Positions 24,428 to 37,872 of a DNA stretch of 64,000 nucleotides are shown piece by piece (the stretch's first letter is position 1; the number at the start of each line of letters is the position of its first letter). The stretch is from Vicugna vicugna. Lineage: Eukaryota. The notes beneath the pieces were generated by a model. That model saw only the letters and a list, made by a program, of their open reading frames with translations, was not told where the DNA came from and ran no database searches. A program made the translations under genes and the position numbers. The DNA lies in contig MU057724.1 in the NCBI GenBank assembly GCA_013265495.1, forward strand, positions 1,875,102-1,939,101, written 5' to 3'.

Positions 24428-24954
24428 AAAGAACTAAATCAGATTATTTATTGAATATGAGAAATCACAGTGCAGATGCTACAGATGAATATCCGTTGTC
24501 GTAAAAGACTGCTGCCTAGTGCAGAGTCTAAGACAAGTGTGCAAAAAAGCAATAAATGGAACAGAATGAAGATTAAAATTTTTCTGAGAAGGAATTCTGA
24601 AAGAAAATATCAGTAAGGTACAACTGAAATTCAAAGAAAGATGAAGCCACAATTAGGTGAGGAAAGGCTAAATGCTTAATGCAGAACGGCATTTAATATG
24701 ATTTCTTGGAGAGTTACCAAAATTTTAATAATGAGATAATAATGCATGAATCAGGGAGACACACAGAACAGAACTGATACCCCACGACTAGTCCTCAGTT
24801 CCTGTAAGAATTTGTGGACAATAAAGAGCATCACTGTGACTCTACAGAGACCCCGTCACACCGTGAAAACGGTGCCCATGAGCACATACACAGTGGGCCT
24901 GGCTTGGGTGGGGGCCCCCACTTCTTGGCTCTGTCCCTGTAGATGAGATACGGA

Positions 24955-25100
24955 AGGGTCCTCAGCTTGTGTTCTTTGTCTCTAAACTGGGATGTTAGCA
25001 ACAGTATCCTCTCACCAGACTGTTGCAAGGACTAAATTAGCTGTGTGTGTAAAGCAGGCATGCTTTGCTCAAAAGGCACACAATAAATGGTACGATTACA
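24955..25100 (+). mobile_element. MIR relic
   Basis: cctcagcttgtgttctttgtctctaaactgggatg...ttgcaaggactaaatt...tgtaaagca...caataaatggta. Confidence 0.65.
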
Positions 25101-25829
25101 CTTTTGTTTTATTACAATTACTTTAAAAATATTAACGTTAAGTGTTATTTCCCACTTGGAGACATAAAATGAATTTCAGATCAAGCGGAACATTTGACGT
25201 GGGACTTAAAACCTGCCTAAAAAGAAGGCTTGTTCTAAGAGGGCTAAGGGGCTAAGAATAAACCCAGTGGGAGGAATCATGAACAACAGCAACAAAAACC
25301 AGGTCTGATTTCGTAAGATCCAAAAAGCTAAAGGGAGCGCATCAAAACACTGCAAGCGGCAACAGCTACCAGCAAAGTGGGAAGTATCTGTAACATGCTT
25401 GTAACATGCAAACAGGGCACACACTGTAAACGTGCATTCTAAAGCAAGTAAAATGGCGAAGGATGGAAGACAGAAAGTCACACCCCGAGGGAGCTAACCA
25501 GGCACTTCTTCTCGGACACCTGCTCGGTAAGCCCAGGAAAGGTGCGAGCGCCCCACACCAGGAGCAGGAGGTCTCCCCGAGTTAGTGAGAGCCGTGTGCA
25601 GACGTCCACCGCCAAGCCTGGGGCTGCGCTTCCGAAAGTAACTGACAACAGTATAAAAAATATACTTCAGCTCTTTTCCCCAAATGATGATTGAGTTTTC
25701 TTCCGTAAGCTCATTCTTATGCTCTCTGGACCCCTCTGTCCACTTCTAAATTGACACCCACGGGAGGAAATGTAGGCCCCCACGCGTGGCCGGCCACTGC
25801 GGCGTCATCAGAGCTCCCCCCTGCCCTGC

Positions 25830-26014
25830 CTTCAGCCGGAGGAGATGCCGCGAGGGATCTGGGGCCTGGAAACGGTACACTTCAGCTCTGCACGATTTCA
25901 CTGGTCAGAACACAGTCACTGGCCCAAAGTGACTGTCAAAAAAGTCTGGGAAGAAAATCTTTGTACCCAAGCAGAGAAAATGGGCTTGGTGAGCATCTGG
26001 CTGGTCTCAGCTAC
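25830..26014 (-). mobile_element. Old MaLR LTR relic (MLT1J/K-like)
   Basis: ttcactggtcagaacacagtcactggcc...tttgtacccaagcagagaaaatgggcttggtgagcatctggctggtctcagctaca. Confidence 0.6.
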
Positions 26015-27536
26015 ATTGCTGTTCATTTAAACGACGGAATGTCAAATACTGATCTTTCTGAAGAATATTCCATGTTATGGAGAAAGCTTCATTTTACAGT
26101 AGTGATTCAAAAGTGGATCATACAATCAGCATGAACCTTTAAAGGAAAAAGTTCAAATAAACAAGACTAAAAGCAATACATGGAAATATTGATGTGATAA
26201 ATGATTGATACCTTAACATATATTTTTCTACTTTTCTTTCTTTTCCTGTGTGCAAAAAAAAAAAAATTAATAAAAAAAAAAGGAGTGAGAAATTTTCCTT
26301 TTAGGATGGAGATTGAGCCTGGCATTCAAATCCTCTGTCCAACTCTGGAAAACAGACATCCATGGAGCCGCAGAATGATACGAAACTGTGTCTACACATC
26401 TGCCGTTTAACCCTATTTTTCATTTTTAGTTGTTGCATTTTTCTTCTTTTTCAAATCTTTACTGTCACTTTTTAAATACAGAGAAGCACCCTCCTCATTT
26501 TTTCAAGCCTCTCTTTTCTGTATGAAAACATATTCAACCGACTCAGTCTATGATCTCAATCTGATCATTACACTCTCTGATCATGCTCAGGCTGAACTTG
26601 GTTATTTCTGCTATTTCTTTTGGAGATTTTAAAACGAGAGTCCATGAGTCTTGTAGAAATTTTCAGGTCTACCAGAAGTAGCATCACTTCTGAGCTTTTC
26701 AGCCAATCACCTGCAGGCATTATCAGACTGAGACCTCTTTATATTAAATCGTCAACTTCAGCTTTTCAACCTCATAGTCTGAATTTGGGCAACAAGTGGA
26801 GGGGAAAGCCAGTCGGGAGTTACAAATGCTCATGGGAGTTCATTTTTCTCCCACAGAGTCCGGCCCAAGTCATGCACTTTTAATTCCGTGTCCGCCCTCT
26901 CCTGAGGGTGGAGCCCCAGGCCCTGCTCTCTGCTCTGGCAACCATGGGAGGGATGCCCTCCCTCTCATGTCCCTTCAGGAGCCACGACAGAAGCCCTGAG
27001 CCCAAAGGGTCGACAGATAACCCTCTTAGGGCCAGAGCAGCTTTGACATCCCTTGCTCAGCCCTTTGAGGTCCCTGATTTTAAATTGTTTTCAGCCTTCT
27101 GTTGACTCCTTCTGTTTAGCTAGCTCGGTGATATATTTCAAAACACAATTAATCCAGCTTTTTTGGTTGTTCTTAAAATGGTTCCGTTGGGAGGGTATGA
27201 ACGTTAGTTTGCCCACTCGGCTGCCAAACACAACAGTGCTTTTCCCTATTTGTAATCTCTTACTTATTGAGCACGATAGTGGGGATACGGTTGCTTGTTA
27301 CGTTACACAGACCGCTGTACACGTAAACATTCATGAAAAAGAGCAAAAGGAGAACTAAACATGAAACACAAGAAGATAGAAAAAGTAAATATTAAAAAAG
27401 TAGATGGAGGGGATGACTACATTCATAAAATGTTAATTAATTTAGAGAACAAAGAATTAGGTACAGACACAACAAGCAAAGTTAAGTGTTTCTTTTGTTT
27501 GTTTGGGGGTTTTTTCCCCAAATCTATAAAATAGAC

Positions 27537-27862
27537 AAGGGGTTGGAAAACTGGCCTGCAGGTCCCACAATCCCGCCTGCCACCTGTTGTCATATGACAC
27601 GAGTTCAAATGGTTTTTAGATTTTTTAAAATAGTTCTAGGAAAATGGAAAATAATATTTTGTGACACATGGAAATTAAATGAAATTCAAATTCCAGTGTC
27701 CATCATAAAGTCCTACTGGAACCCAGTCACACTCATTTACTGTATCTCTGGCTACTTTCAGGCGACAAGACCAGAGCTGAACAGTTGTGATCGAAGCCCT
27801 GTGGCTTCACCAAGTCTACATATTTACTCCCTGCCCTTCACAGAGAAATGGGCTGAACCCTG
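27537..27862 (+). mobile_element. hAT-Charlie non-autonomous DNA transposon, MER58B-like
   Basis: Termini aaggggttggaaaact ... aaatgggctgaaccctg, internal gaaattcaaattccagtgtccat. 8-bp TSD aaatagac (27529-27536) / aaataaac (27863-27870), the size typical of hAT elements. Confidence 0.88.
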
Positions 27863-27969
27863 AAATAAACAAACCTCTGGCAGAACACCAGAGAGAGAAA
27901 TGGAGGAAACAGAGAGAGATAAAGCAGAGAAACAGCAAATACACATTGAAAAGGAGCATAAACACAAAC

Positions 27970-28872
27970 ACAGAAGAGATTCTACAGATGGGAATAAGCA
28001 CATGAAAAGACGCTCAGCATTGCTAATCATCAGAGAAATGCAAATCAAAACTACATGAGGTAACCCCTTGCACCGTCAGAATGGCCATCATTAACAAGTC
28101 CACAAACGATAAATGCTTGAGAAGGAGTGGAGAAAAGGGAGCCCTCCCACACTGTTGGCGGGAATGTAGTTTAGTGCAGCCGTTATGGAAAACAGTATGA
28201 AGATTCTTTAAAACACTAAAAATACATTTGCCCTATGATCCAGCAATCCCACTTCTGGGCATATATCCAGAGGAAGCTCTAATTTGAAAAGATGCATGTG
28301 CCCCAATGTTCGTAGCAGCACTACTTACAATAGCCAAGACATGGAAACAGCCCAAATGTCCATCATCAGATGACTGGATAAAGAAGTTGTGGTATATTTA
28401 TAAGGTGGAATACTATTCAGCCATAAAAATAAGATCATGCCATTTGCAGCAACACGGATGGACCTAGAGATCATCATCCTAAGCGAAGTAAGCCAGAAAG
28501 AGAAAGAAAAATATCATGTAATTTCACTTATATGTGGAATCTAAAAAGAAGACAAATGAACTCATTTATAAAACAAACAGGCTCACAGACATAGAAAAGA
28601 AACTCATGGTCACCAGGGGGGAAGGGCATGGTAAGGGATAAATTGGGAGTCCAAGATTTGCAGATACAACTACTACACATAAAATAGATACACAACAAGT
28701 TTATACTGTAGAGCACAGGGAACTATATTCAATATTTTATGTGTAACCTATAATGAAAATGAAAAAGAACATGAAAAGGGATATATGTATGTATACGTAT
28801 GGCCATACTGTGCTGTGCACCAGAAATTGACACTACATTATAAACAGACTACGTTTCAATTAAAAAAAAAAA
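27970..28872 (+). mobile_element. Young L1, ~0.9 kb 5'-truncated (ORF2 C-terminus, 3' UTR, poly(A))
   Basis: cacatgaaaagacgctcagcattgctaatcatcagagaaatgcaaatcaaaac through ttcaattaaaaaaaaaaa. Homologous to 6054-6637. Confidence 0.95.
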
Positions 28873-29127
28873 GACTGATCTTGGTGTCTTGTGTTTTTAA
28901 GTGAATACACATAGAATACACATATTCTACACCTGAAATGTGTCAACAGGGTGCGCATTTTAGATCATGTCGGCAAACTTCAAGTTGCTAATTAGAATCT
29001 CATCATGCAGCTATACCAACATTTAGTTTTTAGTCCTTCCCTTGAAGATGGGCATTTAGGTGGTCTGGACATCATTAAATATGCCTCCCTTTCTTAATGC
29101 ACAATTTTTACAAACTACACGAATCTT

Positions 29128-29541
29128 CCTTTATTTTTCTCTCCCAGTTTTACTAAGATGTAATTAACATCCAGCACTGTGTAGGTTCAGGGGGTACAGC
29201 ACAACGGTTTGACTTGTATACGGTGATGAAACGATCACAGTAAGTTTAGTGAATATGCATCATCTCATATAGACAGAAAGTTAAAGAAAAGGAAAAATAA
29301 TTTCCTCGTGATGAGAATGCTTAGGATTTATTCTTACCCCCTTTCAGATGAGATGCGCAGCAGGGTTAATTCTATTTATCCTGTTGGACATGACACCCCT
29401 AGTACCTGTGTATCTTAGAACTGGAAGTTTGTTGCCTTTTGACTGCTTTCATCCAATTTCCCTCCCAACCGCTGCCTCTGGTAACCACAAACCTGATCTC
29501 TTTTTCTATGAGCTTGTTTGTTTGTGTTCTGAAGTATAATT
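29128..29541 (-). mobile_element. Older L1 3' UTR of a different subfamily, nested in an ancient antisense L1
   Basis: ttttactaagatgtaattaacatccagcactgtgtaggttc...gtgatgagaatgcttaggattta...ctctggtaaccacaaacctgatctctttttctatgag. Confidence 0.8.
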
Positions 29542-30330
29542 GCACGTAGAAATACTTCCTAAGGGTAAATACCAGGCAGCAGAGCCTGCAGGCGCGGGGA
29601 TGTGCCTGTTCTAAATTTCAGCAGGGACTGCCAAACGCCGCCCAGGTGCCCGTGCCGGCGCAGGCGCCCCCAGCAGCACCGCTCCGCGCCCAGACCCTCA
29701 CCTACCCTTGACGTTAGCGAACTTTACGGTTTTTGCAAAACTTGTTATAATTTGAGTAGAATGAGAGTTTTATAACACTGAGCCTTCCCATGAACATGAT
29801 ATAGCTCTACATTCATCTGAGTTTTATTTTATGGATTTCATTAATTTTTTATCATTTTCCCCGTAGCAACGATGGTTGTTTGGGGTAGGTATTTTTGTAG
29901 ACACTTTGTACTTGCTGTTACTATTCTGAACATAGTCTTTCTTCCCCTGTTACATTTCCTAAGTCGCTGTCACCCGTGTATAGAAAAGTTAATCGTTTTT
30001 CCCTTGCTAAGTGATTTCTTTTCAGAATCTGTCACTTGGTTCTACGTCTCTCCTTAGCCAGTGGCCATCTCGGGTGCAAGACAGTCTGGGTCCTGTTCAG
30101 GATGTCCTTCTCATTTTTGGCTTTGGTGAGACGTCCAGGATCCCTGCGGAGGTAATGGCGAGGATGAGGATCCTTGACTTGGGAATTTGGGGGAATACTC
30201 TTCATCAAATTAAGAAAGACTTCTCTTCCCAGTTCACAAAGAATGCTTATCATGAGTGAGTGTTAAATTTTTGTAATTACTCTCTTAATTTAGTGAGTTT
30301 TGTTAATATTTTAGAAAATCACCTTTTGAT
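29542..30330 (-). mobile_element. Ancient L1M fragments
   Basis: ttcctaagggtaaataccagg, ttataacactgagccttcccatgaacatgatata and tcatgagtgagtgttaaattttt are antisense L1 ORF2 hallmarks. Confidence 0.65.
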
Positions 30331-30335
30331 TTTAT

Positions 30336-30720
30336 TGCTCATGGGTTGAATGGTGGTCCACAAAAGACAGGTTCACATCCCAGCCCCAGAAAGCCTGAGA
30401 GTGACCTTATTTGGGAACAGGGTCTTTGCAGATGAATTTAGCACACAGGTCTTCACACAAGAGATCGTCTCAGATTATCTGGTGGGCCCTAAGTCCCACG
30501 ACAGGTGTCCTCACAGGAGGCAGAAGAGAGAAGACAGGGACGCAGAGGAGAAGGTCCTGGAAGAGGAAGGAGAAGGTCCTGGAAGAGGAAGGAGAAGGTC
30601 GGAGCGATGCTGCAAGTCCAGGGACGCTTGGAGCCACCGGGAAAGAAGGGTCCTTGTGAGCCCCAGGAGGGAACGCGGCTGGGCCGGCACCTTGGGTTCT
30701 GTTAGCTGATAACCTAGTAC
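30336..30720 (+). mobile_element. MaLR LTR (MLT1B/C/D-like), internally deleted
   Basis: tg...atgggttgaatggtggtcc...gtgaccttatttgggaacagggtctttgcagatg...gattatctggtgggccctaa. Confidence 0.85.
30547..30600 (+). repeat. 22-bp tandem repeat, about 2.5 copies, inside the LTR
   Basis: ggagaaggtcctggaagaggaa x2 plus ggagaaggtc, all perfect. Confidence 0.95.
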
Positions 30721-30934
30721 CTCTGGGGACTGGGAGGGAAAGCGTGCGACTACGGTGAGGCTAAAAGTAAAATGTCAATTTCCAAAGGCTAAAAACAGTT
30801 TATCTCCTTCAGCTTATTGTTATGAAATATCTTCCTTCATCATTTTAAAAATTTTTTTACCATAAATTCTGTTTTGCTCTATAGCAGTTTCTCTAGTAAC
30901 TTGTACTGTGTGCTGGGCTTCTCCAAAGCTTGTC

Positions 30935-31348
30935 CTGTATTACAACAGGTGTCTGAAGCAGTTTACAGTTTGTGGGCCAGCAGCTGGAGAAAGGCTTGGC
31001 TGAGTGGTTCTCAGCCAGGTCCTCATGCAGCTCCAGTCAGATGGCGGCTGGACGCGTGTGGCTGGCAGGCAGGCAGGGCTCTTCCCCGGAGCCCTGCACG
31101 TGCCTCCTCCAGCATGTGTCCCACGGCACAGGGAACTGGCTTCCCCATACAGTGAGCATCTCAAGAGGGCCAGGTGGGACCGCGTGGCCTCCTCTGACTG
31201 AGCCTTGAAAGCCACAGGGCATCCCTTCAGCCACACTTGATGGCTTGAAGCAGACACAAGCGCCCCCAAATGAAGGAGGAAGGGACACCAAGCCCACACC
31301 TCTCAGTGAAAGGAAGGGCAGGAAAATGGGGGGCCAACTTTTATCACA
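30935..31348 (-). mobile_element. Old MaLR LTR relic (MLT1F/G/H-like)
   Basis: ggcttggctgagtggttct...tcatgcagctccagtcagatggcggctgg...ggcttcccc...gccttgaaagccacagggcatcccttcagccacac. Confidence 0.65.
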
Positions 31349-31369
31349 TCACATTCATACTCTACATAT

Positions 31370-32290
31370 TTTGCTTCAAGTATATTAAGTGAAAAGAACT
31401 CATGCAAATTAATAAACACACAAACCCCAATTGTGAAACGGGCAAGCCAAGGAGAGTAACAGTCAATCCACACAGGAAACACACAAAGACCTGAAAAATA
31501 AGATGCCTGATTTCACTAATGATCAGGGACGTGCGGACCCCACAGGGAGGGACTGTCAGGTTGGCAAACACGGAAAAGCGCCACAGCACCAAACACCGGC
31601 GATGACGCGGAACCGAGACGCTCAGACCCGACTCTGAACGCGGCCTGGCAACGCCTGCGGAGTTAGAGGGATGGCTACCCGGCAGCCCGCCATCCAGCTG
31701 CTGGAGACACCGCCGCGGGAAACCGGGGGGCGCGAGGCGCCCGTGAGGACGCCCAGGCCACGCCGAGTGGCAGTCAGTCAGCTCTCATCCACAGGGACAC
31801 ACCGCGGAAAACAGCACAGCAGCAAGACACGGGGCTGGCTTTCCTTGTGACATCATACTTCATCGTATGTTTAAGTTTAGTAAACATAACATGGACTGAA
31901 AATTTTTCAAGTTGCAGAAGGATTCCTTTAGCATGACACAATGACACAAATTTCTATAGTCACACAAAAACAGTGCCACTTCTGCTCATGTCTGTGTGCA
32001 CACGCGTACCCATGGGGGGAAAACAGACGATCCCGAACAGGGAAGAGACACTCCCACTTCAGGGGAGGGTCGCATGGAGAAGGAGAAGACACGGGGCTGG
32101 GGTCAAGGAGGGGCCCAGCAAAGGCTGGAACCGTGTAGACCATTTAATTTCTCCAGGACACAGCGATCTGAAGATACTTCGCAAATTGCTAATACTTTTT
32201 ATATCTGCGTCGTTCGCATGCAATGTTAGCTCTAGGTTTATCAACACTTTTCTGCCTATGAAATATTTTCATAATGAAAACAAGAAAGAT
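31370..32290 (+). mobile_element. Ancient L1M ORF2 C-terminus and 3' end, locally GC-converted
   Basis: aagaactcatgcaaattaataa...aaaccccaatt...aaacgggcaa...aagatgcctgatttcactaatgatcagggacgtgc follows the order of L1 ORF2 3' motifs. Ends with aaatattttcataat. Confidence 0.7.
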
Positions 32291-33162
32291 ATTTTATAAA
32301 ATGCACTCCTGTTTAAGTAATCTCGACGGCCGACAGGTTTCTGAAACACTGTTTGTGGTGCTGCTTTGGGCTGACCTGGGTGAGAGTGGGCTGTGAACAG
32401 TTGTGAAAGGGGAACCGTCTCTTTGTCCCCTGGGGGGGCCATGAGCTTATTTTTGCGTGTGTTTCCACAACGCAAGGATGATGTCAAGACAAGCCACTGA
32501 CTGGGTCACAAGTTTCACCATTCCTCTCGGAAACAGTAGCAAAAAATCAATTAGAAAATAAAAATAAAGTGTTAAATGACTAAGTCAGCAAAATTTAAAT
32601 TTTAAGTTTTTAAAATTCCTCATGGGAATTAGTGGCAGTGGGTTCTCACATGACGCCGCGATCACCATTTGATGGAACAGAGAGGGTCTTTGTTTCCAGA
32701 TCTTCGCGCCCACCACACACAACTTCTCCATCAGCCCCTAAACACTTGGGTGAAAGTTATTAAACTAGACACACTGCTTGGTCCCCAGCATCCTGCTCCC
32801 CACTCCCCCGGATGGTTACCGTGGGAGCAACCGTTCTGTACAATGGGACGCTGCTTCCTTGGCTCTGCAGACGCGATCAGAGGCGGGCAATGAACAACGT
32901 GGGGCCAACTAGGATTCTTCTCCGAAACGTTGGGAAAGGCTGTTCTGTAATAAGAGAGATGCCTGGAGCCATACGGGGGTGGGGGGAGGGGGACGACGTC
33001 TTGGCAGCACGTGAGTGAGGGAGGTCCTGTCTGCGGTGCTTCCTGCAGTCTCGCCCTTTCTGTGGCTCTGCCGTCTGTGAGACACTCCACGGCTGCTCCT
33101 GGGCTCCGCTCCCCTTCTTACTCACTCGAGTTTGTTCAGATGCTTTTTCCCCTCTTCTCTTC

Positions 33163-33304
33163 TTTTATGAGGGGGAGGTAATCAGGTTTATTTATTTACT
33201 TACATTTGGAGGAGGTCCTGGAGAACGAACCCAAGACCTCAGGCATGCTCAGCATGCGCTCTACCACGGGGGCCACACCCCCTCACTGAGCTATGCCCGC
33301 CCCC
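33163..33304 (-). mobile_element. vic-1-like SINE, long form, with duplicated 5' end
   Basis: Tail gggggaggtaatcaggtttatttattta, head gaacccaagacctcaggcatgctcagcatgcgctctaccac, then two successive 5' termini. Confidence 0.9.
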
Positions 33305-36300
33305 AGCTTTGTGACTTGCCACGAACAGTCTTAGTGGACATTCTTACTGGGTTTCCTGTATTGCATGGACGATAAACAAAAATAAAATGGTAAAAATTGT
33401 GACATGGCTATCTGATCAATTTTCTTTACAATAAAGCAACTTCAATGGAATAACTGCTTCAATTATACAGTAAAGGGTAAGTTGCCATAAGGATATGTGA
33501 TCCGGTCCCTGTAAGTTACGCAGTCTGAATGCTTCAGTGCAACATGGTGTCCGTGCATTATTGCAGTTATGATTACACCACACTAAGAAGTTGACATCAA
33601 TGTAATTTTCAAAAAGGAGACAGTAAAAAGAGGACAGAGAATAATGCCCTTGCATTTTAAGCTTTGGGAAACTTTTCTGGTCTTCATTACCTTTATCTTA
33701 AAATTCAGAGGCAAACTTCTGTGGTTCTGTAACTTCTCTATCCCCAGATTCCCTCACCCAGACTTGTCCCAGACAGGATTCTCCACTCCTGTGCCCTTTT
33801 CTGCTCTTACCCATCCTCATTTAGGAATGACTGAGCGTCTCAAAAGAAAAAGTCAACTCAATTTCCCAAATAAATGAAATACGCACAACTCACAGAGCAC
33901 TATCCACTGGTCCAGTCCACCGAGGATTTGCTCTTAAGCATGCCAGGAATGTTTCCTATGCAGTTTCCAATTGTTGGAATTCTCGACAAACCTTAAATTT
34001 CTCTCAAATGTACCTTTTCCATATATCAGGATAGTAGCACTAAATTCTAAGACCTATAAAGAATGCCCAGTCATTTTATGGTGAAACCTCAGGTTAAATC
34101 CTTTAAATTCGCATCTGTAGTTACGTGGGGTCATATGCATAAAGACACAAAGGCCAGATGAAATTTCAGAAACCCCTAGACCTTCGAAAATACACCAGGC
34201 CTATTTCCAACTGTTTACGTTTCTAACAGTGCAGCATAAATTCCAAAAAGGAGACAAAATGTGACTGGCAAGTCGCGATCTTACCACCATTCCCACGTGC
34301 ACAGTGGTGGAGACCGGATTCCATGTATAGCAGCAGGGGAGAGGACCGAGGGAGCTTATAAGAACGGGAAATGGGAGAATTTACTACAGACAGGGGCACA
34401 GAATGCTAAAAGCAACGCTTTTCTGGCACTTCTAGGTGCCACCATGGAGAAACATTCATCGGTGTGACCTTTGGTTTAGTGTATGAGGGTTTACGTGATT
34501 GGGCAGAGCCACGGGGTTCATGCTGGCAGTGATGAAAGACGCACAGTTATGAAGTTCACTCTGCATTAAAACGCCCATTAGCGAGCTATACACTTAGTCA
34601 GGTGAGGCTGTAGACGTGCTACAAATTCAATAACATAAGGAAAATCAACGGCACTTCCTTTGTCCCAATAACAACGCATAAAGATGTACATTTTCAAGCT
34701 CGAAAGTGATAATCATGGAAAATTTATGGGAGGGATATCTGAGAGGCAGCTTAAGGGCCCAGAAGCCGTAGGGAGCTGCACAGTTTCATAAATACTGGAA
34801 AAGAATTATTGCAAATCCCCCACCAAGCCCATTATATGTGTCAGAACTCGGGAAATTTGAGGAAAGTGATTTAACGCCTGAGACAGTGGCTGCCAAGAAT
34901 GAATATGTCACAGTTTCTCAAAGGAGTGAGGCAACCATCACAGGCTGGTGACAGTCCATCCACAGCCCACGAGGGGTCCGCTGCCCCAGGCCAAGCCCAT
35001 GTCGCACTCCCTGGGAAGCCAGGGAGGCAGGACCGAGGGAACCTCCATCCACGCCCAGGGTGCTTGGCAGTCTCTGCCTGGACCTGGTGGTACGACTGCT
35101 TGGTCCACGGTTGCCCACATCCTCCCGCAGCCACATCACTCACACACAGCCAAGGACATAAAGGCAAAGAGAGCAACTCTTCTGCGCCGTCTGCAAATAT
35201 CACAGCGACCGTCCACTGGTCACGCCCACCCAGCACGTGCTCTTAGGCATCCCCGGAAAGTTTCCTAACGCGGTCACCTCTGGGCATCTGTATTCTCCCA
35301 CACCACGCGTGCCCCCTTGGGTGGAGGTGGAGCTCGATGCAGTGAGGCACTATCTGTCAGGTTTTCCTGCTTCTTGGGTCGATTCACCTGGCGAGACTGA
35401 TCAGCCCTGCCCTTTCCTGAACTGCGTCCAGCCAGCCCGTGTCCAGTGGAACTGTGTCCACGCCCCACGAGAGATGGTGCGTGCAGAGCCCTGCGTCTTG
35501 TTCTGCCTGCCTAAGGAGAAGAAAACATGCCACAGTGATTTTCAAGTGGTCTAGAGCGGGGACTCGAATTTCCAAAGCCTCTCGTTGCTCTGATCCCTGC
35601 CGCGTGCTCAGCCCGCGATGGCTCCAGTTTCGTGTTTCCAAGGCAGCACGCTCCCTCCATATTGTTTTAGACACGGTGCCATTCTAATCACTCGCCATTG
35701 ACCGGTAATTGTTGCAGAAGCAGGCCTCCCTCTGCCAGTGCCACCCAGTTGCTGGACGACACCCAGCTGAGTGCAGTAAGTTCCAGAATCCAATCAAAGC
35801 CCGGCCCCATCCGTATCCAGGTTCCTCACTGTGAACTTGGGCCAGCACTGGCTTCAGTGTGACACCTCCCTCTATGGAGCAGGGACAAAGCCCCATTTCA
35901 GCTGCGATTCAGGCCCCTGAAACGTCCCTAGCGGAAAACCCCAGGGGAGGCTCATCTGCAATCATTAACTCAGGTTCAGGGACCTTGCTTCTGCCCTTGG
36001 TTTCATAACTGAATGGGTGTGTACGCCCAGATCCCATCCGGAAAGTGGGAAGAGGAACGTCTTCTTTCAGGAAACTGAGGACAATGTTGACTTGAGAAAG
36101 CAAAGCTGACGTGCATCCTTGGTGTCTTAGCAAAGTGAGGGACCAGCCCCAGGGACAATCACCATCTCTGAGGACTCACCCTACTCTTGGTTTTGGATTC
36201 AATTTGAATAACATGTGGAAGATGCAGACCCAAACCCTGCACTAATTAGGCCTCGATAGTTCTCTTGTCTTCCAAGCTGTTCCGTAACGGGCAACCCGGA

Positions 36301-36966
36301 GTAATAGGAACAGAGTGAGAACTTACTAATAGAGTGATCTGGGCCAACTCCCTGGCCTGCTGTGTCTAACATGGCATTAGCAGGACCAAGCGTCCCCATC
36401 ACCCGGTTATGAGGTTTAGACGGAGCAGGTGCACCCTGAGATAACCGCCTTCTCCATCCCCTGATGATCAGGGCACTAACATTAATAACTGGCATTTATG
36501 GACTGCTTTGAGACGTGAAGTGGACCAGGTCACATCTGTGGTTTAGCACATGATATTCACCCCCCCCCAGCACTTGCAAAGCCCCTGAGGGCTTTTAAAT
36601 GACAACATGAGCTCTCTGCCTCCCAGGCCTTGGGATGCCAACATCCCCTGCAAGTCACCGTCTCCAGCACTGAGACCTCCAGCCCACAGTGTGCGACCCC
36701 GTCCCAGGCACACACATAGCTTCACATCCCTAAGAATGACGACTGTGAACAAAATCATCATAAAGATGCAAGCCTTTGAAAGGTAACTTACATTTCAGTT
36801 TTTGCCAAAAGAAAAAATCCCCAAAAAACAAAAAATGCAGCTTTTCTGGTAGGGGGACTGAGTGTGGATGCAAGGGGCTGCTGATAAACAGGGCAGGTTT
36901 CAGTCTGCTGAGTGAGGGACTGTTTCATAAAACTGAACTTTCTTCCCCACGCTTCACTGCTTCTTT

Positions 36967-37490
36967 TTAAAAATTTTTTAAATTTATTTATTTATTGAAG
37001 TATAGTTGATTTACAATGTTGTGTCAGTTTCTGGTGTATACCATGGTGATTCAGGTACACACATATATATTATTTTTTAGATTCTTTTCCATTATAGCTT
37101 ATTACAAAGTACTAAATATAGTTCCCTGTGCTGCGCAGGAGGACCTTGTTGTTTATCTATTTTGTATATAGTAGTTTGTATCTGTGAATCCCAAACTCCC
37201 AATTTATCCTTCTCTCCTTCCCCCTTTGGTAACCATAAGTTTATTTTCTATATCTGTGAGTCTATTTCTGTTTTGTAAATAGGTTCGTTCATCTCATTTT
37301 TTTAGATTCCACATATAAGTGATATCATGTGATGTGTGTCTTTCTCTGTCTGACTTACTTCACTCAGTATGTTGGTCTCCAGGTTCATCCACGTTGCTGC
37401 AAGCAGCCTCATTTCATTCCTTTTCATGGCTGAGTAGTGTTCTGTTGTACACACATCACATCTTTCTGCCGTCATCTGTGGATGGGTATT
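36967..37490 (-). mobile_element. Young L1 3' end with TSD
   Basis: tttattgaagtatagttgatttacaatgttgtg...ttagattccacatataagtgatatcat. TSD ttcactgcttcttt (36953-36966) / ttcattgcttcttt (37491-37504). Confidence 0.95.
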
Positions 37491-37658
37491 TTCATTGCTT
37501 CTTTAATGTCGCCTTTTGTGCCCCCATCACTCATTTCTTTCAGCTCATTTTTCCCCTTTGGTATTAATTTAGCTTTCTTCCTCTCACAGAACATATTCCA
37601 ATGACTTAAAAGGTGGACAGTCTTTAGAAGGCCGCTATGTGTGCATATACTTGTGTAT

Positions 37659-37680
37659 CTGTGTGTGTGTGTGTGTGTGT
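37659..37680 (+). repeat. (TG)n microsatellite
   Basis: About 10 uninterrupted TG units. Confidence 0.9.
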
Positions 37681-37872
37681 ATGTTCCTGGATTATAAGTC
37701 GTGGCTGAGCCAGCCTTCCAGAGCCAAGGGCATTATGGTTCCCCCCATGTGCGGGTGCAGGCCTCTTCGGGTCGTCACACGGCCTGCAGCACATCTAAAT
37801 ACAGGCCTTTACAATGGGCGGGAGGCAGGGCAGGTGTTTCCCTAAGATGCTCTTGGTTTGTGGGATCCTGAA

